Shown piece by piece: positions 52,962 to 64,000 of a stretch of 64,000 nucleotides of DNA; positions within the stretch are counted from its first letter, which is position 1, and every line of letters begins with the position of its first letter. The stretch comes from Eledone cirrhosa (taxonomy: Eukaryota). The notes beneath the pieces were generated by a model. That model saw only the letters and a list, made by a program, of their open reading frames with translations, had not been told where the DNA came from and did not search any database. The position numbers were made by a program, and so were the translations under genes. The stretch covers positions 17,422,001 to 17,486,000 of the forward strand of contig OZ024750.1 of assembly GCA_964016885.1 (NCBI GenBank). Reading direction: 5' to 3'.

Positions 52962-53454
52962 GTCAAGTCGCTCTCGAGTGCTACTGGTAACATGTAATCC
53001 AGTACAACCTGTATCGTGGTCGGGTCGTCGACGACTAAACCGCCAACCCTACCAAGCTTGCTTGGTGAGGAGGCTGATGTTTGGACACCCTGTGGGATGA
53101 AATACAAGACCCGACAAAGGGTGGAGGAACTCAGCAGAGTCAACGGCCATCCAAATAGTATTTCTTTTTTTTTTTTCTCTCTCCTCTGGGAGTGAAAAAG
53201 TCCCCAGTTGTTGTCACAACACATTTCTAGGAGAGGGAAACTCTGAAAGAAAACCTGTGGCTTAGGAAGCATCCGATGATGTTGACCAGTCTCATTTTCG
53301 GGTAGTGTTTTCACCATTTAAAAAATCTTCAAAGCACAGGCATTGCTTGTTCAGGATGTGTTACAGGTTCGTGTGACTGGCTGTAGCCTCAAAGTGCACC
53401 ATTTCTGTAATCTGACAAGCGATTGCAATTCTCTTAGCAGAGTTTGCAGCCATC
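52962..53454. mobile_element. Diverged relative (~490 bp) of the 610-bp element in (TATG)n
   Basis: Shares CTGGTAACATGTA.TCCAGTACAACCTGT, GGTCGGGTCGT, TTGGTGAGGAGG, GCACAGGCATTGCTT and the end GAGTT.GCAGCCA.C. Confidence 0.75.
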
Positions 53455-53468
53455 ATGTATGTATGTAT

Positions 53469-53925
53469 GTTCTTCTGGTTTTATAATTTCACAAAGTTTT
53501 ACCAAGAGAGAGAGAGAGTCGGTTTCTAACATAGACACAAGACTCTCTCATTGGAATTTACACAACATCAACTAGGTAGATTATGTATGCATGCATACAT
53601 GTGTAGATATGGATGTTATTGTATGTGTGGATGTGTATGTTTTTAGTTGTATGTGTGCATGTGTATATGCTTTGTATCTGTACATGTGTATATGCAGTTA
53701 TTAGATGCAGAATTTTTTGAATGTTTTACATATTTTTACTGTTCCATTAATGGATTGTACTTGAAATGTTCTAAGTAGTTGTGTTCTTTCTGTTCCTGTG
53801 AAGCCCAGCTTCTCAAGATTTGTATTGAGGCAGTTACTAACATACCCCAGTGCCCCAATAATCACAGGCATAAATCTGAAGGTATAATCAGGGTAGAATA
53901 TCTGCAGATTTCTCATCAGTTCTGC

Positions 53926-53927
<2 letters not shown>
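53469..53927 (-). mobile_element. 3' fragment of an R4/Dong-like RLE LINE in (CATA)n
   Basis: MRNLQIFYPDYTFRFMPVIIGALGYVSNCL...GTVKICKTFKKF, with a 3' UTR matching 24591-24900. Confidence 0.7.
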
Positions 53928-53956
<29 letters not shown>

Positions 53957-54225
53957 TGTATGTATGTATGTATGTATGTATGTATGTATATATGCGCGTG
54001 TGTAAGTACGTTCTTGCGTATGTATGTATGAATGTATGTATGTATGCGCGTGTAAGTACGTACGTATGTATGTATGAATGTATGTATGTATGCGCGTGTA
54101 AGTAAGTACGTACGTATGTATGTATATATGTATGTATATATGTGTGTATATATGTGTGTATATATGTATGCATGTGTGTATATATGTGTGTATATATGTA
54201 TGCATGTGTGTATATATGTATGTAT

Positions 54226-54833
54226 GTCAGGTCACCAGTTGGTGTTACTGGTAACATGTATCCCAGTACAACCTGTCTCATGGTCGGGTCGTTGGCGACT
54301 AAACTGGCAACCCCACCAAGGTTTCTTGGTGAGGAGGGTGACTTTGGACATCCTGCAGGACTAAAAACAAAACCTGTCAAAGGGCAAAGGAGCTCTTAAG
54401 AGTCAATGGCCATCCAAAATCACCGGGAGAGATGACCCCTTAGCCTTTGTCAAGGCAGAATTCTAGGAGAAGGAAAACTCTGATATAACACCTTCAACTC
54501 TGATGGTATCCAATGATGTTGACTTGTTCTTCTTTTTGGTAAATATCATCTTGGTTAAGAGAGTGGGACTGGCTTTGTGCAGTGCCTTTGTTCACTATAA
54601 AAGCTTCACGGCACAGGCATTGCTTTATATCTGGAGATCTCTCTGCACTTGTCGTCACATGGTACCATGGGCCCAGCACTGTGTGTCAATAATTGTCACA
54701 AGTGTAGTGTTTGTACCAGAGTTTTCAAGTCGCCGGCTGGACTAAAAAGTCACACTCGTTCAGCGCATCGGTAGGGGTTCTCCTACATGGATATAAAGTA
54801 GTGGCCGTACTCGAAAACGAGTTGGCAGCCACC
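54226..54833. mobile_element. Full ~608-bp non-coding element in (TATG)n
   Basis: Near-identical to 52320-52928. Confidence 0.9.
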
Positions 54834-55043
54834 ATGTGTGTATGTATGTATGTGTTGTCACGTCCAGACATATAACTGTGACATATGTCAGTTGTTTTAC
54901 TGAAGCTCTGGTCGAAAGATAAGAGCTCTCCTACTGGTTTCCATGTACTGTCTAGGAACAAACCTAGGAAAGTGTTTATAAGGATTGGTTTCCTGCTAGA
55001 CTTCCGCAACAATATACAGTTGTTGTATATATATATATATATA

Positions 55044-55087
<44 letters not shown>

Positions 55088-55103
55088 CATACATACATAC
55101 ATA

Positions 55104-55181
<78 letters not shown>

Positions 55182-55192
55182 CATGTATATAT

Positions 55193-55272
<80 letters not shown>

Positions 55273-55388
55273 AGTCAAACAACGCCGTACGTTAAAACTT
55301 TCCACAATACGGAATACTCACAACCTCTAACTGGATTACCTATAACGATATTTTCTTATCCCGTATATATATATATATATATATATAT

Positions 55389-55585
55389 AACGAAGGAAAT
55401 GTGCTAAGGAACCAGGTGGACCATAACGCACCAAAGTACTCAATACTTAGGCTAGTAGAGTGGGTAATATGAACGAGTACAACCCCGACGGCTGAGTTCA
55501 AGCCTGTTCGACGGCTAATCCTGGACTCCAGTCCAGAATTAGCCGTCGAAACGGCTTGAGCTCAGCCGTCGGGGTCCTACTCGTT

Positions 55586-55644
<59 letters not shown>

Positions 55645-55790
55645 CGAAGGAAATGTGGTAAGGAACCAGGTGGACCATCACGCACCAAAGTACTCAATAC
55701 TTGGGGTAGTAGAGTAGTAGAGTGGGTAAGAGTCCAGAATTAGCCGTCGAAACGGCTTGAGCTCAGCCGTCGGGGTCTTACTGGTTCCTA
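55389..55790. mobile_element. Two family-A elements (55389-55589, 55643-55790) in one (TA)n tract
   Basis: Both start AACGAAGGAAATGTG and end TTCCTA. The first is a full fold-back centred on CTGGAC-TCCA-GTCCAG. Confidence 0.8.
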
Positions 55791-56158
55791 TATATATATA
55801 TATATAAATAGAATAGAATGAAACGAAATTTCATTTCTCACTCTTAGTACGGCACTTACTTAAATGTAAGTATGTATGTATACGTACATACATATATGTA
55901 TACAGACGTACAGTAGTATGTATATATATACATACATGCACACATATATATATATGCACGTATCGGTTTACCGAACATTTATTATAATGCTCGGTTTGTT
56001 TGTAAACAAACAAACAGCCCGAATTACGCCGTACAGTGTTTAGGCAACCACGTCACCTTTTTGTTCAACACTGACACAGGAACGATGTACTATATACATA
56101 TACATATATATGTATATATGTATATAACACACACACACACACACATATATATATACAG

Positions 56159-56420
56159 GACAGAAGAACTTCTCTGGAGTCAATAGACAGAATTATCAAG
56201 TTCCCCAAGTATATTACTGCTATAGACCAGGGCAGAGGAACTTCTCTGGAGTCAATAGACAGAATTATCAAGTTCCCCAAGTATATTACTGCTATAGACC
56301 AGGGCAGAGGAACTTCTCTGGAGTCAATAGACAGAATTATCAAGTTCCCCAAGTATATTACTGCTATAGATCAGGGCAGAGGAACTTCTCCGAGGTCAAT
56401 GACTTAGATCACCAAGTTCC
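56159..56420. repeat. 72-bp tandem repeat, ~3.5 copies
   Basis: AACTTCTCTGG recurs at 56167, 56239 and 56311. Confidence 0.9.
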
Positions 56421-56520
56421 TTAAATTCAAACAGATTATAAAATCTACTGGTACACTTTGACGTATAATGAATTGTCACAAGAAATAATCTATTATACAG
56501 TGAACAATAAAGATTATATC

Positions 56521-56905
56521 GGCGGAGGGTCGGACGCCATGCTTTCCAGCATAGTTACGTCCCTTTACGATCTGAGTTCAAATCCCGCCGAGGTTGACTT
56601 TGCCTTTCATCCTTACGGGGTCGATAAAATAAAGTACCAGTAATGCACTGGGTAATTGCTGGCCTTGTGCCTAAAGTAGAAACAATTATTAGTACCGAGG
56701 TTAACTTTGCCTTTCATCCTTACGGGGTCGATAAAATAAAGTACCAGTAATGCACTGGGTAATTGCTGGCCTTGTGCCTAAAGTAGAAACAATTATTAGT
56801 ACCGAGGTTAACTTTGCCTTTCATCCTTACGGGGTCGATAAAATAAAGTACCAGTAATGCACTGGGTAATTGCTGGCCTTGTGCCTAAAGTAGAAACAAT
56901 TATTG
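56521..56905 (+). mobile_element. SINE whose 3' 107 bp is tandemly triplicated
   Basis: CCGAGG at 56588, 56695 and 56802. Confidence 0.85.
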
Positions 56906-58070
56906 TAATGATTGGCAATTGAAAGCAGGCAATTGCCGGTGATAAGGACCAGTAAGCACAGCCGCAAGGATATGGTCCGAACGTGGAAGAGCCAAACTCC
57001 GAACTGTCATCACCTCCATCTCTCACGCTCTCCCCCATCTCTCTGTATAGTGAGCAAATGGGCTCCCACACCGCTGGCCTCCCCACAGCTCCGGCGGACA
57101 GAATGGAGAATTGCGTTACTACTCACATCGATAAGATCTGGACAAAGGAACCTTTCTCCGTGGTCAATGACCAGGATCACAAACATGTGGTAGTTGTGTT
57201 GTTGGTGGTGATGGTGGTAGTGTTAGTAGTGGTGGTGGTGGTGGTGGTGGTGGTGGTAGTGTTGGTAGTGGTGGTGGCGGTGATGGTGGTAGTGTTGTTG
57301 GTGGTGATGGTGGTGGTAGTGGTGGTGGTGGTGGTGGTGATGGTGGTGGTAGTGTTGGTAGTGTTGTTGGTGGTGATGGTGGTAGTGTTGTTGGTGGTGA
57401 TGGTGGTAGTGTTAGTAGTGGTGGTGGTGGTGGTAGTGGTGGTAGTGTTGGTAGTGTTGTTGGTGGTGATGGTAGTGTTAGTAGTGGTGGTGGTGGTGGT
57501 GGTGGTGGTAGTGTTGGTAGTGTTGGTAGTGTTGTTGGTGGTGATGGTAGTAGTGTTAGTAGTGGTGGTGGTGGTGGTGGTGGTGGTTTTAGTAGTAGTT
57601 GTGGTGGTGGTGTTAGTAGTAGTGGTGGTGGTGGTGGTGGTGTTAGTAGTAGTGGTGGTGGTGGTGGTGGTTTTAGTAGTGATAATTCTAATTCAGTGAA
57701 CGAACGAAGCAAATTTTGTTTCAAATCTTTTTCTTGCCTGTTACGCCATTTAAAAAAAAATGATTTATTATTAAAATAGGACTTAGCCAGTTAAACATTT
57801 ATTTTATGGAATTGAAAATACACACGCACATACACATATACACATACACACACGCAAATACACACACAAACCCATATAGAAACACAAATACACACACACA
57901 CATAGACACACAGACATACGCATACATACACATACATACACACACATATACACACATAAACACACACATTGACACACACATAGACACACACATATACACA
58001 GACACATAGACACACAGACATACACATACACACATACACACACATAGACATACATACACATATACACACG

Positions 58071-58104
<34 letters not shown>

Positions 58105-58224
58105 TACATACATACACACATATACACACACACATACACACACACATACTCATACATACATACACACATATACACACACACATACACTCACATACAGACA
58201 CATATACACACACACATACACACA

Positions 58225-58255
<31 letters not shown>

Positions 58256-58287
58256 TATATACCAAGATATTAAATAAATGGAAACTA

Positions 58288-58380
58288 TATTTATAAAACC
58301 ATATTTATTTTATTATATATATTTCAAGGGCAACCAAGTGCGCTTTCATCAGATAAAATACAAAGTGTGTTTTATAAATA
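58288..58380 (-). ncRNA. Type I hammerhead ribozyme with extended stem I
   Basis: Minus strand: TATTTATAAAAC..TATTTTAT-CTGATGA-AAGCGCA-CTTGGT-TGCCCTT-GAA-ATATATAT-A-ATAAAATA..GTTTTATAAATA. Confidence 0.8.
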
Positions 58381-58579
58381 AAGACATATCCATGATAATC
58401 AAACCTTATCAGTCGAAAATTCACTGGATAGTTTACTCCACTAACTGTTGAGTGCTCTAAATCAGTTATAAGCATTTATGTTTGTCGGAATTCTAATAAA
58501 TTAAATACAAATTCTACATATATATATATATATAGTGATGAAACATAAGTCAATTGCATGAACTCATAATCCTTTATTT

Positions 58580-58635
58580 ACTGCTATATATATTTCGATG
58601 ATAGCCATTGAATGGCTATGACCTCATCAGGCAGT
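58580..58635 (-). ncRNA. Type I hammerhead ribozyme
   Basis: Minus strand: ACTGC-CTGATGA-GGTCATAGCCAT-TCA-ATGGCTATCATC-GAA-ATATATAT-A-GCAGT. Confidence 0.85.
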
Positions 58636-58695
58636 TAGTCAGTTCTTAGATATACCAGCTCTGTGTTTATAGTGTTGATGGTATCAGAGCCTTGG

Positions 58696-58736
<41 letters not shown>

Positions 58737-58999
58737 TATCAGCGCCTTGGGACATATATATATATATATATATATGTATATGTACACACACATACAAAAA
58801 ATGAATAAACAGTACAATACTTGTTTCTACTTTAGGCACAAGGCCAGCAATTACCAGTGCATTACTGGTACAATACTGAAGGAAAATTAGAATAAGAAAA
58901 ACATTAGGAAATATATTTGCTTCAAATTGTTATCAAGAATAACAAATATGTATGTATGTATGTATGTATGTATATAGATATACATGCATACATACATAC

Positions 59000-59038
<39 letters not shown>

Positions 59039-59215
59039 TATATACATATATGTAATATATATATAAAAATATAAATATATATATACATATATATATATAT
59101 GCATATATGTAATATATATATAAATATATAAATACATATATATATATGTTAGTATATATATATATGTGTATATATATATATGTGTGTGTATGTATATACA
59201 TACATACATACATAC

Positions 59216-59246
<31 letters not shown>

Positions 59247-59465
59247 GTCGTGTGTGTGTACACACGTCTCTTCTATGAGATAACATAACGAAGATGAATT
59301 TACCAAATATAATTTTAAAAATTACTAAAATAATGTGAAATTTTAATATCACTTCTCTTTTTCACATGCTACTCTCTTTCTCTCTCTTTCTCTCTCTCTC
59401 TCTCCCTCTCTCTTTCTCCCTCTCCCTCTTTCTTTTTTACTGTCTTTCTTCCTCTCTCTCTCTTT

Positions 59466-59514
<49 letters not shown>

Positions 59515-59595
59515 GCTCTCTCTCTCTCTCTTTCACCCTCTGTCTCTCTCCCTCTCTCTCTCTCTCTATCTCTCTCTCCCTCTCTCTCTCTCTTA

Positions 59596-59698
<103 letters not shown>

Positions 59699-60623
59699 CC
59701 TCTTTCTCTCCATCTCTCTGTTTCTCTGATAAAACTCATGAATATTCATGTGCCATGTGACCGAGTCGTCTGCCTTTGTTAAGATTACCTGTTACACAAG
59801 CTATATGGATCAAAAACACGACGGACACATTAAACCTCATAAATTTATTTACTTTGGGCGGTGGCGACGTTGGTGCTGGTGGTGGAGATGGCAACGGCGG
59901 CGGCGGTAGTGGTGATGGTAGTGGTGGTGGCAGTGGCGGTGGCGCTGGTAGTGGTAGTGGTGGTGGTGGTGGTGGTGGTGGTGGTGGTGGTGGTGGTAGC
60001 AGTGATGGTGGTAGTGGCGGTGGTGGTGATGGTAATGGTGGTGGCAGTGGCGATGGTAGTGGTAGTGGTGGTGGTGGTGGTGGTGGTGGTGGTGGTAGCA
60101 GTGATGATGGTAGTGGCGGTGGTGGTGATGGTAGTGGTGGTAGTGGTGGTGATGGTGGTGATGGTGATGGCGTTGATGGTGGTGGTGGTGGTGGTGGTGA
60201 TGGTGATGGTGATGATGGTGGTGGTGGTGGTGGTGGTGGTGATGGTGATGGTGATGGTGGTGATGGCGATGATGGTGGTGGTGGTGGTGATGGCGATGAT
60301 GGTGGTGGTGGTGGTGATGGCGATGATGGTGGTGGTGGTGGTGATGGTGATGGTGATGATGGTGGTGGTGGTGATGGTGATGGTGGTGATGGCGTTGATG
60401 GTGGTGGTGGTGGTGGTGATTGTGGTGGTGGTGGTGATGGTGGTGATGTTGATGGTGATGATGGTGGTTGTGGTGGTGGTGGTGGTGATGGTGGTGGTGG
60501 TGGTGATGGCGATGATGGTGGTGGTGGTGGTGATGGCGATGATGGTTGTGGTGGTGGTGGTGGTGATGATGGTGGTGGTGGTGGTGATGGCGATGATGGT
60601 GGTGGTGGTGGTGGTGGTGATGG

Positions 60624-60654
<31 letters not shown>

Positions 60655-61017
60655 GGTACAGCTATTAAAGACTACAACAACGTCGATACATATTAACAAA
60701 ACAGACACAACTGACTATAAAAAGTCAGTTGTGTTGCTGGAGGTTTGAGATCTAATGTATGGAAGCCCGGCGGGATTATAATCTAGACCAGTAACGGTGA
60801 TAACACTATTGATTATGAAAAAAACAAAACAAGTAAACAAACAAAACAAACAATTCCTTGCAGTATCATGTTAAATGATTACCAGCAGCAGCTAGGGGTT
60901 AATATTGTGATAGTTTACCATCCTGTCCAGGGTGGAGTCTTGTACTGTCAATCATTTAAAGCTAATTTATTACTACATAAATTGGAAGACTGAAAACTTC
61001 TCTAAAATCTTATACTA

Positions 61018-61485
61018 TAATTGTTTCTACTTTAGGCACAAGGCCAGCAAATACCCAGTGCATTACTGGTACTTTATTTTATCGACCCCGTAAGGATGAA
61101 AGGCAAAGTTAACCTCGGCGGGATTTGAACTCAGAATGGCAAGGGCCGTAACTCTATACGTCAAAGCATGGCGTCCGACCCTCTACCGATACTGCCAATT
61201 CACCGCCCTTTATATTTATTTAATATAATAAGAGGAGATAAAAGAAAAGATGTTTATCACATTTATTCAGACGAGACGAAGTGACTCTTCACTCACTCAC
61301 CACTTACCCGCCACTAACTCACCACACACACCCTGCCCACACACACTCACAGACCCCGTAATCTGATACTATAATTGTTTCTACTTTTGGCACAAGGCCA
61401 GCAATTATCCCAGTGCATTACTGGTACTTTATTTTATCGACCCCGTAAGGATGAAAGGCAAAGTAAACCTCGGCGGGAATTGAAT
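61018..61485 (-). mobile_element. Two SINEs (full 61018-61208; truncated 61371-61482 with TSD ATCTGATACTATAAT)
   Basis: Family motifs on the minus strand. Confidence 0.85.
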
Positions 61486-61523
61486 CTGATACTATAATGG
61501 TTGGTATACAGTGAATAAATGTA

Positions 61524-61881
61524 CCGTATTTCCCGGCGTCGAAGACGCTACGTTTTTCCTAAAATAAGTCTCAAAAATCTACCACGCATCCTGGAGGCCG
61601 AAGGTTGTTTATTATTTTTTTTTTTTTAAATCGGTAGAGGGTCAGACACCATGCTTTGACTCATATAGTTACGGTCCTTACCATTCGGAGTTCAAATCCC
61701 GCCGAGATTAACTTTGCCTTACATCCTTACGGGGTCGATAAAATAAAGTACCAGTAATGCACTGGAATAATTGCTGGCCTTGTGACAAAAGTAGAAACAA
61801 TTTTTTTTTTTTCAAATTTTTGGTTGTCAAAATTAAGTTGAGTCCTCGATGAGGAAGCGACTTCGGCGCCGGGAAATACGG
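61524..61881. mobile_element. Tc2/pogo-like MITE with TA TSD, containing a nested SINE (61630-61800, plus)
   Basis: TIRs CCGTATTTCCCGGCGTCGAAGACGCT / AGCGACTTCGGCGCCGGGAAATACGG flanked by TA; the SINE sits between two T-runs. Confidence 0.8.
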
Positions 61882-62332
61882 TAGATATTATCAAATACTC
61901 ATTTTCTCCAATATACACATATATACATCAGGTCAGAACACAAAAGAACCAAACTTCCACTGTCACCGCCTCCGCCTCTCCTGCTCTCTCCATCTCTCAC
62001 TATTGTGAACAAATGGGGGCCCACGCGCTGGCTAGCCCGCGGCCACGGCAGACGGAATAGAGAAGGCGTTGATGGATACGCGCTGGAAGAGTCATTTCAG
62101 CTCAATATTAGATATATTATATGGAGAGGGCCCATCCGTGAGCGGGAGAATTGTCGTACACATCACTGGAACAGAGAAAAGCAGTGGCTTGAACACTAGA
62201 AAAGCTTTAACTTATAAAATATGTTATGAAAAACTTACCTATGAACATTCACCTAAAGCTAAAATACGCAGACATAGAGACACAGTCACAGATGCAGATA
62301 CAGACATAAATACATAGATATATATATCATAT

Positions 62333-62445
<113 letters not shown>

Positions 62446-62690
62446 ATTAAGTAACGCTCCAATAACAGGATTTATAAAAAAAAAAAATTAAATGTCCACG
62501 CATGGCTAAAAGGTTTCACCACCACTACCACCACCACCACCACCACCACCACCACCACCACCATCACCCGTGCTACCGCCGTCACTGCCACCACCAGCAA
62601 GTTCCAGCCAGCTCCAGCCAGTTCTTTCACGCTAGAACGCACAAATTACACATCAGAGTTGATCCCATCAATTCAAAGTTAAACATCAAC

Positions 62691-62793
<103 letters not shown>

Positions 62794-62834
62794 TATACCG
62801 AAGGAAATATGGTAAGGAACCAGATGGACCATAC

Positions 62835-62874
<40 letters not shown>

Positions 62875-63157
62875 TTGGAATAAATGCTCTGAAATAGCGA
62901 TATATATGTGAATATAGACATAGAATATTCGAAATGTTTATTATAAACAAATATTATAAACAAATGTTTATTATAAACAAATCAAAATGTTTATTATAAA
63001 CATACAGAATATTTTCGAATATTCTATGTCTATATTCACATATATATCGCTATTTCAGAGCATTTATTCCAATTTCTAATTTCTGCCGGACCGGCAACCG
63101 CTCTTTCAAACCAGTTCCTGTACACAGCTAAGTATTCTATAAGTCTCTAGCTGTGTC

Positions 63158-63246
63158 ATTCTCGATAAAAGCACTGGATATGTAGTCCTGATGATTTCTA
63201 ACGAGAATGAAACGCGTAGATTACTTCCCTTGCTTTTATCGAGAAT
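63158..63246 (+). ncRNA. Type I hammerhead ribozyme, unit 1
   Basis: Distal stem I ATTCTCGATAAAAGCA/TGCTTTTATCGAGAAT (16 bp); proximal stem I GTAGTC/GATTAC; core CTGATGA; stem II TTCT-AACG-AGAA closed by U.U; GAA; palindromic stem III ACGCGT; predicted cut after GUA (63218). Confidence 0.85.
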
Positions 63247-63467
63247 CTAATTGTAATACGTGACGTATTCTATTCTATAGCGATTAGGTCTTCAAAATGT
63301 TTATTATAAACATACAGAATATTTTCGAATATTCTATGTCTATATTCACATATATATCGCTATTTCAGAGCATTTATTCCAATTTCTAATTTCTGCCGGA
63401 CCGGCAACCGCTCTTTCAAACCAGTTCCTGTACACAGCTAAGTATTCTATAAGTCTCTAGCTGTGTC

Positions 63468-63556
63468 ATTCTCGATAAAAGCACTGGATATGTAGTCCTG
63501 ATGATTTCTAACGAGAATGAAACGCGTAGATTACTTCCCTTGCTTTTATCGAGAAT
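63468..63556 (+). ncRNA. Type I hammerhead ribozyme, unit 2
   Basis: Same sequence as unit 1, offset +310. Confidence 0.85.
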
Positions 63557-63777
63557 CTAATTGTAATACGTGACGTATTCTATTCTATAGCGATTAGGTC
63601 TTCAAAATGTTTATTATAAACATACAGAATATTTTCGAATATTCTATGTCTATATTCACATATATATCGCTATTTCAGAGCATTTATTCCAATTTCTAAT
63701 TTCTGCCGGACCGGCAACCGCTCTTTCAAACCAGTTCCTGTACACAGCTAAGTATTCTATAAGTCTCTAGCTGTGTC

Positions 63778-63866
63778 ATTCTCGATAAAAGCACTGGATA
63801 TGTAGTCCTGATGATTTCTAACGAGAATGAAACGCGTAGATTACTTCCCTTGCTTTTATCGAGAAT
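63778..63866 (+). ncRNA. Type I hammerhead ribozyme, unit 3
   Basis: Same sequence as unit 1, offset +620. Confidence 0.85.
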
Positions 63867-63964
63867 CTAATTGTAATACGTGACGTATTCTATTCTATAG
63901 CGATTAGGTCTTCAAAATGTTTATTATAAACATACAGAATATTTTCGAATATTCTATGTCTATA

Positions 63965-64000
<36 letters not shown>

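Larger units (their letters stand above)
62866..63969 (+). mobile_element. Retrozyme-like array: 310-bp head-to-tail units x3.2 (62982-63969) preceded by an inverted partial unit (62866-62933), inserted in (TA)n
   Basis: CATACAGAAT at 63001, 63311, 63621 and 63931. The units appear identical by eye, and each carries one hammerhead. Confidence 0.85.

Noticed and set aside
59776-60748. Gly/Asp-rich 306-aa ORF resembling a structural protein
   Set aside because: It is a (GGT/GAT)n compound microsatellite with a non-ATG start; similar tracts at 47.5 and 57.2 kb are equally uninformative.

Overview
This is AT-rich, microsatellite-saturated animal DNA from an intronic or intergenic region. The repeat landscape suggests a cephalopod such as Octopus, which is inference and not a database result. 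No host protein-coding gene can be supported, and almost all ORF-track entries are translations of simple repeats. Supported content: (1) one full-length, two-ORF L1/Tx1-type LINE (39772-45475, minus) sitting inside a (GATA)n tract, with no AUG ahead of the ORF2 endonuclease; (2) decayed Tx1, RTE and R4/Dong-like LINE fragments; (3) many tRNA-derived SINEs; (4) hAT, Tc2/pogo-like and mariner-like MITEs; (5) a 6.1-kb minisatellite. The main hidden signal is a dense set of type I hammerhead ribozyme motifs, read by eye as about 10 intact cores plus many degenerate or half copies. They come from several unrelated small non-coding element families, mostly inserted in (TA)n and often arranged as fold-back inverted duplications, as Penelope-like elements do. 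One family forms a near-perfect 310-bp head-to-tail array with one ribozyme per unit (62982-63969), the architecture of a circular-RNA-producing retrozyme. Different element families appear to partition the different microsatellites (TA, GATA, ATT, CATA) as target sites.
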